Origin: a virus
Taxonomy: Duplodnaviria > Caudoviricetes
Strand: one strand, 5' to 3'
Virus record (IMG/VR): IMGVR_UViG_3300013131_000162
Location: 1 to 30,927 of that record
DNA length: 30,927 bases
The notes below the pieces were generated by a model. That model was given only the letters and a program-made list of their open reading frames with translations. It searched no databases and had not been told where the DNA came from. A program made the position numbers and the translations under genes. Below, one piece after another: positions 8,801-16,900 of the stretch. Each line of letters begins with the position of its first letter. Positions within the stretch are counted from its first letter, which is position 1.

Positions 8801-10117
8801 CTTGAGCGCCCCGAGGAGCGTTGCCTCGTTCGACTTCATCACCTGCTTGTGCAGGTTCTCCATCGTGTCAAGCGAAGCCGGGACGGCCTTCTCGACCTTG
8901 AGCGCCTTCTCCGCCAGCTTCGACACAGGAGCGCGCGTCAGACGGGCGACGTTGCCGGCGATGCCGAACACGGCTGCGGACTTGAGGCCCGTCCACATGT
9001 CTTCCGTCACCGTCGTCGTGTCGTTGAACACGCGCGTCGCCACGTCGTATCCCATGAAGTCGGCCGCAAGCCGACCGACGTGCGTGTTGAGCGGGAACAC
9101 GAGATCGGAGCGGCCGGCGGCGAGGCGCGCGGCGAGCTTCCCCCGCATCGACGCGCCGGAGACGCCCTTCGACACAGCGAAGGACCCAAGAGCCTTGCTG
9201 CTGGCACTGAGGCCCTTTGAGAACAGCACGAAGTCGGCGAAGCCGCTCGCTACGCGCGTCAGCGTTTCGAGAGCGGACGGGTCAAGCTCCCCCGCTTTCT
9301 CCATCTCCTCCATCGTTTGAATGAGCGCGCGCGTCCACAGCGGGTCTTTGATCTTCTCGTCGAAGCCCTCAATGGGGAGCGTCCACGGCAGAACAAGCCC
9401 AGGTTGCGCCGTGCGGAGGTTGGCTGTCTGCTCTCGGCCCAGCGCCACCTTGGCCTTACTGACGCCCTGGAGTACCATCTGCGCGGCACCCATCGCGCCC
9501 AGCGTGTTCGACAGCGCATCGGGGCCAGGGACAACACCTTGGCGCGACTGCGCGAGCGCATGACGCACCTCGGGCCGCTGGAACTCAGACAGTGCCTCGG
9601 ACAGATCCCACACCATCCCATCCGAGTCCTCGATCACTGGCCGGCCGTCCTGGTCGACGCGGGGCGCAGCGTTGAGGATCCAGTAGTTCCGAATTGACTC
9701 GGGCGTCAGCGAGAACGCGCGGGCGCGCATGGAGTCGGAAGGCTCGAAGTCGTACCCAGCTTCCTCACTCAGAAACATGCCGGCGAGATCGGCAGCGACC
9801 GGATCCTTGCGGGCAAGGCGGACGAGTGACGCGCCCCCTCTTTCCCACACGCCGCGCGCCTTCAAATCGGCCGATAAGGTGGCCCGCTTGAGCCCGTAGT
9901 CAAACTTCGAGTAAGCGTGGAACCACGCCTCTTGCGCCTCAGAGTCGGACTGGTGCGCCATGACAGCGGCAGTCTCGAGGAACCCTTCGGCAGCACCGAA
10001 CAGTTCATCCGGCACGTCCTCACCACGGTCTATGCGCCCGCTGATGTCATCGAGCAGGCTGCGCCCCAGCTCGAGCTCGTCGGCTTCCGTCCAGTCGCCG
10101 GGCTTGCCGAGCGTCAC
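2819..10117 (-). CDS. Very large internal virion / DNA ejection protein (2432 aa)
   Basis: Largest and last of three consecutive helical-looking ORFs after the tail genes (position of T7 gp16 / P22 gp16); several Gly/Ala-rich hydrophobic segments; GTG start overlapping the upstream TGA. No catalytic motif recognised with confidence. Confidence 0.72.
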   Translation of the reverse strand: MTLGKPGDWTEADELELGRSLLDDISGRIDRGEDVPDELFGAAEGFLETAAVMAHQSDSEAQEAWFHAYSKFDYGLKRATLSADLKARGVWERGGASLVRLARKDPVAADLAGMFLSEEAGYDFEPSDSMRARAFSLTPESIRNYWILNAAPRVDQDGRPVIEDSDGMVWDLSEALSEFQRPEVRHALAQSRQGVVPGPDALSNTLGAMGAAQMVLQGVSKAKVALGREQTANLRTAQPGLVLPWTLPIEGFDEKIKDPLWTRALIQTMEEMEKAGELDPSALETLTRVASGFADFVLFSKGLSASSKALGSFAVSKGVSGASMRGKLAARLAAGRSDLVFPLNTHVGRLAADFMGYDVATRVFNDTTTVTEDMWTGLKSAAVFGIAGNVARLTRAPVSKLAEKALKVEKAVPASLDTMENLHKQVMKSNEATLLGALKKIEARGVTRDMAKRTIDSMLTGMYVHAFGEVQEEGGFGSFWQSLLSPNALATGMGFALGTALQAGPAVRRKMNDLFRSPAGRQMMRSVAERLASPRASEDVRQVWDKFDLYRKTAPNVFKGLIKTNQSARETMAARESNLQAIRTLMGWHPERGEPSQDQHRPRSIPYNPDSTARERFETSITIGQGALAGIKAQQPKYLLGEIEKQTLQDIGFSDHKHALNAVNKYLREKEGDEAEQFKRLSDVPRPIWMRMLDHYDAEARAAAAVPKQSELPVMEGEGTDLVGIAAMRAKSERVPVTPEAPGGLDFTAKGGGTHSPISLKQAADLYQRAQHIPENAGKAPLIVVVETKVKGEKGRPSLKTAIERVASGKKTVDWLAEKFPEGREAIEAGRTLVEVAIAVRAAWQKANTDRLLKSSSARRQPKTLQDFVAMNGGIVYSEDLKSLTRRDNPRKDGRTVVYSAKSGKGMKLDDMAERAWEEGFFPGERPDINEFVNALVENRYHPDDARLTKEHEAHVARVETEGAAQWRRGIESGEAPLPLDPAERSKFIQDTFSGDPNYAGMKPDEIEAQVMDLRRQASEGDPGAAFASRPATIKERTEAYATRSQRLADDLKAMGVVGEEATRSSPEVTEAVLRLADGDTMLLEGRASKEEMQQHVAAAREMIADVRGAISSIYETGTPERAAVDILFDALDSMRLTRDPKPETVEFFKKHGALDEFGIIKQAALDQMKRDLVERMWEQVRGHEELGDFQMFSGLPVAFAGHKFSSIEPRISWNKIYANPTFQRFMQRPWVRKLFRGATEAGSWPGINIFSAGPLSRPQSEATQGAVRRGMFTIARKASEMRHLEMRAAAIAKAMSAPFQGRRMPLEHSEFFVRGVESGSFQDARSPADFEARMAGTGYLFRVYQDYTELMATITDLARPWLSKEQIAARGGKYLMTRFVREDVASVSGAVASGEVPVSDIGRAMLREDGAPDIVGSAMRIFDAPYLVTKSVESWSTLLRASNAWFEPIHGSSFVSANELRKMHPLDAEDYALAGVRIKPGKGQSLLSAMEDLANTGRYETDTLLTSFRLQTLQESMAKEGAPPTPGKMAYSAELTQMIQTWLGEGPDGPVYLPRSLQQEIGLLTEEAFTSPGGSALKEIGRTVDLAGSFMKRGLTALRPAAMSLDYLSSAMNNHVGRAVPLTDFIGGHFGVKSTDTYQGLRAWELYSRWVKDGAPRSPSGLEPADGWSVAEWAHLQRAKRFLDTAGASSSVYAVIGPEIASATGISSESPAQLRAALESQLEEHASRAGITLSQRDRLAARIAQIAKSSAHGLEHVDESIARLMDEPDPAAHARAMQQYGAMRHLLEIFTFKYPAFLRMSREHPDVPGTKVMQAALERTGNVGDTTSASRRWLSMHTPYGNVAWQKAQGQWKVPGTKFGIGKAWPRMLIATLLRNRFYSYPQTMAPQMLQWHITNPIGVAFASAVTYGVKSGIWALMGDEERQRMEEEMAASRQGAVSWMAMHESEREAYERALNGSRVGFVGGGMRLPEKAVSEARALWANVAGGGDPWAIPMPKHGGEARSASLSELSPTGFLMGRARTQASLVSNVLGAGEGKAREGLQGVSRILGLTAQAVFGTAAGVLTADDPLIQALGGKGSVTEALASKTFSTLGTAGLLYPRLGMFTPEGIFIGENAVLNGKSWREALRGVDRFYNSQDASGALAASALRVMWPSRAMYARPPLGASEDAWTALLSEVYGPGFQASSEQGRDKTRAGRWGMMQMAVMLGDLYEQHFDKAGDPAEAEVTLSERVVGATLELMQHSVPAPGGGFDLEPGYEPKGILMRSVADLPETVRPHAVEFLRRWLTTDTFTQDGLSWLFMAGEGREMPKGLFRAGMMNALSDPSGTSLLAWWAEQIKDNDQAVMGHLAPLINDVQMPSKGSAAHKTWANILVQYARAGVRLPPLPAEGRATVDEILGAKGAPRALQGGQAFENVLQMRQPSEAESIFMPR

Positions 10118-11658
10118 TTCTTGCCGCCTGCCTCGCGGCGCATCCGTTCGCGGTACTTCTGGAGTTCGATCATGCCTGGAGACAGCGGGCTAGTGGCGGG
10201 CGCCTGCGTCGGCTTTGCCTTCATCATGTCCGTCGTGAGTTCGCCCTGCTGCCCGTTGACCCAGACGCGCGTGCTCAGGTTGCTCGTCTGCGGCGGCACG
10301 TCCGTCGTCTTCTTGGTGAGCATCTCGAACAGCGTCCCCATGTCCTTGACCTCGGCCGGCGTGCGGTCCTGCTCGGGCGTGCTGGAGATCCCGAGCAAGC
10401 GTGCGCGGATCGTCTTGTTCGACATGAGCTTGTCGAGAGCCTCCTGCGCGCCCGGCAGCACCGGAACAGGATTGTTAGCTTCGTCTTGGCCCGGGATGAA
10501 CTTGAGGCTGCCGTCGTCCTGGACGGAGATGCGCGGAGCGTACGGGCCGAGATTGGCGACCGCTGCCAGCTCGCGCGGGATCTGGTCTTCGGCAACCCCG
10601 GTGCGCTGGAGCATCTCCGGCGTGAGCGCGAACTCCTTGGGCGGCGCAACAAGATCCTCGTTCCGGTCCTGATCCTGCGCCGCGTCGATGGGATCCACGC
10701 TGCCCTGATACTGCGCGCCTCGTCCGGCGGCCTTGATCGCGGCGAGCTGGTCGAGAAGGTGCGCCCGAACAACCTCGCGTGCGCCCTTGATGCCGCGAGC
10801 GGGCTTCACGCCAGAGCGGCCCTCGAGCTCCCCGATGGCTTCCTTGGCTGCATCGGCGCCGTAGGTGGCCGTGAGGTGCTGCATCCCGCGCATGAGCGCG
10901 ATCTCGTTGGGCACTTCCATGTCGATTTCTTGCGCCAGCCACTTGAGTTTGGCGTCAAGCGCAGAGCGGTCTTCGCCCTCGCCCATCGCACCCATCTTGG
11001 GGCGCGTCTCCGGGAACAGCGCCATCACCTCGCGGTCGACGATCTCGGGCGGCTTCCCCTTGAGTTGCAGCGCGTCGAGGTAGCTCATCTTGAGCGGCAT
11101 GTAGACTTGCTTCGAGCCCTGCGGCGACAGTGCGAACGTCGTGGCCTCGAACACGGCATCGTCAACAGCCTTCTGCTTCGCCTGCTTGGCCTCGGCCTCG
11201 CGGCGCTGCTGCTCCTGCGCATACCGATGCTCCATCTGCGCCATCGCCATGCGGTTCTGCCAGTCGGCATCGAACTGCTGCGACTGGAACGCACGCAACT
11301 CCTGCGAGGCTCGCTGCTCCTGCTCGGCGCCGAACAGCGTCTTGGCCGTGTCGAAGTCGCGTGCCTTGGCGCTCTCGCCGGCCTGGAACGCCATGTAGGC
11401 GCCCTGGCGCTGCTGCTCCGCCGACTGCTGGCGGTTGAACATCTGCTCCTGGAATCCGCGTTGCCGCTCGGCCTCCTGGCGCTGCTGCGCCATCTCCATG
11501 CCGCGGCTCAGGCCGGACATGAAGAGTTGCGCCGCCTGCCCGGCACCCTGCGCCTTCATCTGCGACGCGGCGTTGGAAGCCTGCACCGAAGTCTCGAAGG
11601 CGCGCGAGACGCCCTCTTGGTTCGGCGTGCCACCGTAGAGGTTGAAGGTCTTGGGCAT
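10114..11658 (-). CDS. Internal virion / ejection protein with Gln-rich coiled coil (514 aa)
   Basis: Q/E/R/A-rich N-terminal third; middle gene of the ejection-type trio. Confidence 0.7.
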   Translation of the reverse strand: MPKTFNLYGGTPNQEGVSRAFETSVQASNAASQMKAQGAGQAAQLFMSGLSRGMEMAQQRQEAERQRGFQEQMFNRQQSAEQQRQGAYMAFQAGESAKARDFDTAKTLFGAEQEQRASQELRAFQSQQFDADWQNRMAMAQMEHRYAQEQQRREAEAKQAKQKAVDDAVFEATTFALSPQGSKQVYMPLKMSYLDALQLKGKPPEIVDREVMALFPETRPKMGAMGEGEDRSALDAKLKWLAQEIDMEVPNEIALMRGMQHLTATYGADAAKEAIGELEGRSGVKPARGIKGAREVVRAHLLDQLAAIKAAGRGAQYQGSVDPIDAAQDQDRNEDLVAPPKEFALTPEMLQRTGVAEDQIPRELAAVANLGPYAPRISVQDDGSLKFIPGQDEANNPVPVLPGAQEALDKLMSNKTIRARLLGISSTPEQDRTPAEVKDMGTLFEMLTKKTTDVPPQTSNLSTRVWVNGQQGELTTDMMKAKPTQAPATSPLSPGMIELQKYRERMRREAGGKK

Positions 11659-11661
11659 GGA

Positions 11662-12324
11662 TCAGAGCCCCCAGCCGGTGTAGTCGGGCTGCGCCTGCTG
11701 CCCGCCGCCGAACATTTGTTGCCCAGCTCCGCCCGCGATCATCCCGCCGAGCGGTCCGCCGAATGCCATGCCGGCCGCGCCGAGCGCCGCGCCGCCGAGC
11801 TGGCCCCACATCTGGCTCTTGGCACCCTCGCGCCCAGACTTGCGGCCGAGGCTGGCGAGGTGCGCCTGGAGGAGCATGTTGCGCTCCTGGTCGTAGTTCT
11901 GCGCGAAGGCGTTTTGCAGCGCCGTCGAGAACCCGAAGATGTCCTCGAGCCGCGCGGCCTCGTTCTGCCCGCGGAGCGCCGAGAGCTGCTCGCCGAGCTG
12001 CGGCGCCGACTCGGCCAGTTGAGCGCGCGCCATCAGCGGGTTTGCTCCGGCGGACTGGTAGGCGTTGAGGAGCCCGCGCTCGAACTCTCGCCGGCCGGAG
12101 GCGAGCCCGGTCGCCTGTCCTCGGTAGCGCGCAAGGTGCTCCTTGTTGATGAGCGACTCGCCGAACGGAGCAAACGCCTTCCACATCGCCGGCACCTGGC
12201 TCGCGCCAAGGCCCTGCGGCGTGCCACGGAGGTAGCCCTCCTCACCTCGCTGCGCGGTGTACGCCTGCGAGAAGTTGGAGTCCCCGATGCCTTGCAGCCA
12301 GCTCGAGAAGTCGTTTCCTGCCAT
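11662..12324 (-). CDS. Small ejection / DNA-transfer protein (220 aa)
   Basis: Q/A-rich helical body and C-terminal glycine-zipper hydrophobic segment WGQLGGAALGAAGMAFGGPLGGMIAGGAG, as in small podoviral ejection proteins (P22 gp7 / T7 gp14 position). Confidence 0.7.
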   Translation of the reverse strand: MAGNDFSSWLQGIGDSNFSQAYTAQRGEEGYLRGTPQGLGASQVPAMWKAFAPFGESLINKEHLARYRGQATGLASGRREFERGLLNAYQSAGANPLMARAQLAESAPQLGEQLSALRGQNEAARLEDIFGFSTALQNAFAQNYDQERNMLLQAHLASLGRKSGREGAKSQMWGQLGGAALGAAGMAFGGPLGGMIAGGAGQQMFGGGQQAQPDYTGWGL

Positions 12325-12334
12325 GTGATGCGCC

Positions 12335-13936
12335 TCAGTCTACGATGATATCTAGCGCCCACGAGCGCAACCGGCCAGTGACCGAACCGGCCACCTTGAG
12401 CCCATTCTGCCACCAGACCTCAGGGGTTCCATAGGTCGGAGCCGGGCTCTGGCTCACGAGCTTTTCGCCGACCGGCATCACCACGAGCGAGAACGTGTCG
12501 CCCGTGGCCGCCAAGGCCGCGCAGTCGTCGTAGGAGAACGGCATCCCCGTGACGACGCGCGTGCCGACCGTCGTGAGATCGTAGCTCTCGGTCCTGTGCG
12601 TGTAGGATGTGGGGCTGCCCCAGTCGACGCAGATTGGGACCGTGGGCGCCTCAGGGAAGATCCCGGCCGGCAGGCTGGCCGCCGGCCCGTGGCCGTCCAT
12701 TCGGAGCGCGCGGCCGAGCGTCTGACGCGAGCAGAGCTGACGGAAGACCTCGCCGCCGTCGCGCCCCGTGACGAGCTGGAACATGAACCCCTGGGTGTCC
12801 CGCAGGCTGGCGGCCGACGCGGCCAGGGACGTGTCTGAGCCGAACGCATCCGCGAACGGGTAGCTACCCAGATCGAGGTGGTCAGCCTGCGTCCGGTTCC
12901 AGTAGAAGTTGCGGCTGGTTCCCGCTGGCGGCCAGACGGCGGCATTCCCGCCCGTCTGAAACAGCGTGCGGAAGCTGGTTCCGGTGTCTCCAACAGCTTC
13001 AACAGCCAGGATCCGCGACGGCGCCTGACCGCGGAAGTGCGGGATGCCGGCGATCACGATGCCGTACTGGACCCGGAATCCGGGGTTGAGGTTGGCAGCC
13101 AGATCAGCGGTGGGTTCGAGCCGCGTGCTCATCACCCCGAACCGCATCCCCGGCGTGACGATGCGGTAACGGGCCGGGCCGACGCCGAGGCGCGAGTTCC
13201 GAGAGGAAGAGTCGCTTGCCGTCCAGACTCGGCCCGGCCCCGCAACGCTGACACGCCGAACGTACCGATCTCGGGCGTCAGAGTGCGTCAGGCGAATTTC
13301 GATGGCCTCGTCCTGCGTAGGCCACGCCAGCGCGCGGGCAACGGAGCCGCCCTCGAGCGCCTCAAATGGGATCGAGCCCGGGCGAATGGAGGCCCCGTCG
13401 ATGGAGTGAGCCGGCAGGTCGGGTGGGGTGGCCCGAACCTGGCGGATGGCCTGCGCGGCCTGCTCGCCGACGCTCTCGATGGCCCTCTGGACCTCAACGG
13501 GGTCAAACTCGGACGAGAGCTTGGGCGCCCGAATTGGCTGACCACCGGCAGCCGACGGGTCGACGCCACGGTTGCGCTTGCGCCCCGGGAGCTGCTGCGC
13601 TTGGAAGATGGCCGCAGAGGCCCCTGGCTTGCGCTCCAAGACGGCCTGGTTGATCTCGGCGTCCTGGCCGGCGTCTGCCTGGTCTCCGTACTGGCGCCCG
13701 GCCCACGCGCGATCAGGGAACGCCTGAGCCATGTAGGCGTCCGCCTCCTCTTGCGAGACGGCCCCGGCGGTAACGAGCTTCTGGATTGCGTACGCCTCGC
13801 TGGCGCCATCCGGGCCGGTCCCGGAGGTCACGAGCGCCTGGCCGGCGCGGCGGCGGCGGTCCCGCAGGCGGGAAGACTGCACCTCCGACACCTTCGCGGC
13901 GATGCCACGGAACCGGGCAGAGGTCAGGCGCGGCAT
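12335..13936 (-). CDS. Tail-associated virion protein, function unknown (533 aa)
   Basis: Start at ATG 13936 (MPRLTSARF; TGATG overlap with the nozzle stop). Basic/helical N-terminus, a fibre-like SIDGASIRPGSIP motif, then a beta-rich C-terminal region. Confidence 0.65.
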   Translation of the reverse strand: MPRLTSARFRGIAAKVSEVQSSRLRDRRRRAGQALVTSGTGPDGASEAYAIQKLVTAGAVSQEEADAYMAQAFPDRAWAGRQYGDQADAGQDAEINQAVLERKPGASAAIFQAQQLPGRKRNRGVDPSAAGGQPIRAPKLSSEFDPVEVQRAIESVGEQAAQAIRQVRATPPDLPAHSIDGASIRPGSIPFEALEGGSVARALAWPTQDEAIEIRLTHSDARDRYVRRVSVAGPGRVWTASDSSSRNSRLGVGPARYRIVTPGMRFGVMSTRLEPTADLAANLNPGFRVQYGIVIAGIPHFRGQAPSRILAVEAVGDTGTSFRTLFQTGGNAAVWPPAGTSRNFYWNRTQADHLDLGSYPFADAFGSDTSLAASAASLRDTQGFMFQLVTGRDGGEVFRQLCSRQTLGRALRMDGHGPAASLPAGIFPEAPTVPICVDWGSPTSYTHRTESYDLTTVGTRVVTGMPFSYDDCAALAATGDTFSLVVMPVGEKLVSQSPAPTYGTPEVWWQNGLKVAGSVTGRLRSWALDIIVD

Positions 13937-16900
13937 CAGTGTAGCTCCACATCCTGAGGCCGCAGGACAGCCCCCACCACCTCGCACTTCACGCCCGGGG
14001 AGTCGGAGCGGATGCGGAACTTGAGGTGCTGGCAGGCGATCTCGCCGAGGGCGAACCGGGCGGTCGGCCGCGTCAGGTCGATGGTCGCCGATGTGGCGAG
14101 TACGCCCGAGATGACGATGGCCGCCGGGGACGCCTCGAAGTCGCGGAAGAACTCGATGGTCGCCGTCCCGCCGGCCTGCGGCGTCAGCACGAGGTCGAGG
14201 TAGTGGACCTCCTTCTTCTCTTCAAAGTTGCCCATGTCGAGCCACTTAGACTCCCAGACCCACGGGATCGCGCCGATGGAGACGACGGTGCCGGTGGCCG
14301 GAGCCGAGGCGACGGGGCGGTCGAGGTAGATGCTCGAGCCGTCCGAAAACAGCGCCGTAGCTTCGTAGGTCACGCCGCCGCTCGTCCATGACAGGGGCGC
14401 TCCACGGATCCCCTCGAGGTCGGTCAGGCCGGACACCGGAGCGGCCAGGACGAGATTGCTGGTCGTGCTCGCCGCACCAAGCGTGACGGAGGAGACGTTC
14501 CACGAGGAGCCGGCGAGGTGGAGCTGGGTGTCTTCGCGGTCTAGGTAGGCAAGGAAGCCCTCGGCAGTTCCAGCCAAGAGCCTCTGAGGCCCGCCAGAAG
14601 TCCGGTCGGCGCTGCCGAGGGCGGTCACGTTCGGGTCCTTGTACGAGGCGTACCGGAACCCGCTCGCATCGCCCAGGGCTGCACCCGAGAGCGCACTGTC
14701 GTACTCGATGGAGAAGCGCCGGCGCATCACGGCCTCGGCGCTCGACTGGAGGCACATCACGATCTGATCCTGCGCGCGGTTGACCGCGAGGGAGGCGCGT
14801 CGCAGCTCGCGCGCGTCGACGGGCAGCTCGACGTTCGAGCCAGCGAACGAGTCGCTCACATCCTTGCCGAGCCACACCGGCCCGCCGGCGCCGGAGTAGA
14901 AGTAGAGCCCGCGATCAGAGGAAAGCCAGTAGACCTCCTGGTCGATCACGGCCATTGCCTGCGGGCCGGCGAGCCCCACGTTCTTCGAGATCGTCTCGAT
15001 GATCGCCGCGCCCTCGCGGATGGTCACGAGGAACATCGAATCGTGCTTCCAGACGATGAGCCGCCCGTTGAGGTCGGCCATGCCGACGATCCCGTCGCTC
15101 TTGCCGCCCAGCAACAGGGCGTAGTTCCTGTACGGCACGGAGAGCGGGAAGAACGGCTTTGAGAAGCGCAGGCCGCTCGGCTCGCGCGTCCCTCCGAGCT
15201 TCACGTCGCCGTAGAACATCACGCCCTGGCTCACGCCGATGGAGCGGCAGTCGGGCGGCGGAGCGTTGTCGTAGTAGAGCGGGACGGTCAGGTCGAGCTT
15301 CGACTCGTCGAGGTCGAGCCCCACTGAGCTCGAGATGTTGTCGGACACGATGGCCTGGCGGAACGGCACGGGCTCGCCGGACATCGAGACGTACACCCAC
15401 CGCTGGATGTTGCCGGACTGGTAGCTCACCGGAAGCCCGGTCAGCACAAGGCGCGTGAGGCCGCTCGGGTTCGCCTTGTCCTCGGGCGGGTTGTCGACCG
15501 TGAGGAGCGGGCCGGGGTTCGAGAGCGAGTCCTGATCGGCGTCGTAGAAGACGACGGCCACCTTGCGCGTCCCCCACGACTCATCCGGCTTCGAGAGATA
15601 CTGCCAGTAGAGGCTCTCGGCATTCGTCGAACTCTCGGCATCGAGCTTCACCTCGAGCGCCTCGTTTGGCTGCGAGGAGACGTGCGTGCCGCCGGCGTAT
15701 GGCACGGTGTTCACACAGGCGAACGTGCGCGCCGAGTCGGCCCGCACCGGGCCAGGCGCCGCCGTGATGATCTCGTTGGCAAACGAGTCGAGGCCGATCT
15801 CGCTGTGGTCGAGGCCGGCGACACTGTTCTGGAACGCCTGCACCTGGGAGTAGAAGGCATCGACGTTCGACGACACGACGACCCATGCGAACGAGTCGAA
15901 CTTGCCGCTGTGCCGAGCCACGCCCGTCGATGGATCGAGCGCAAGCTCGCTCCCCATGAACTCGGTCGGGTACGCGGATATATCCGGCTGGTTTGATTCG
16001 TCGAACCGCTCCGACTTCTGCATCTCGGCACCAGAGAACACGCCGCCCTCGCGGTCCACGAAGCCGACGAGGTTTGGCGCGTTGCCGTACTGATCGAACA
16101 CGCGGACCTGCGTCTCGCTGATGTAGACAGCTATCCGATAGGTGGCCTCGGGCGCGTTGGCCGAGGTTGCGGAGAACTGCCAGATCATCCCCAGCATGTC
16201 CGGGTGGAAGATCCGAACGTCGGTCCCGGTCGTGGCCGGGAGCGCGGTCGACACCGTGACCTCTCCAGTCGCACCGCCGTTGTAGATGACGCCCTTCGGC
16301 GTGACCTGGCCGATGGCCGTCGTGTTCGGGCTGCGCGGCATCTCGCTCGTGAAGCTGATGCACGCCCGCGTCGATGGCTTCATCGGCCACGTCGGCATGG
16401 AGTTGAAGTTCGTCGCCGGAGACGTGCTGATCTTCTCGAACTCGCGCACCACGAGCGCGTCTCCCGTCATCTGGTACGGGGTCTGCGTGATCTGCCCGGT
16501 GTTGCCGACCGCTCCGCGCACGCGCACGTTCTCGCCGCTCGTGAAGTCGGTGTCGCCCGTGAAGAGCCAATACTCGATGTGTGTCGTCGTGACCTTGGTG
16601 ACCACGCCCTGCTTCGTCTGCCCTGCGTTCTCGACGACGTTGCCGACAGCCCATGTCCCCACGATGGATCCGAAGGTCGCGCGACGGCGACGCTGATCGG
16701 CCCAGTAGGAGTTGAGCCAGTTGCCCTCCTGCGCGTCCTGCATCGGGAACGCCTTGCGGAGAGCGACGTAGTACCAGTACCCAGGGCGGAAGACCTGGGT
16801 GCTACTGACGAGCGAGACGCGCTCCTTGAGCGCCGTGTCGTACCAGCCGAGCTCGACCTTGCCATCGACGCACTCGAGGTAGAGGCCACCGGACTCGCGG

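Noticed and set aside
10486-12348. 620-aa plus-strand ORF and other long antisense ORFs (e.g. 5504..6868, 16204..17544, 20398..21606, 24270..25715)
   Set aside because: Shadow ORFs expected opposite high-GC3 genes; no SD, no recognisable motifs, and they lie opposite well-supported genes.
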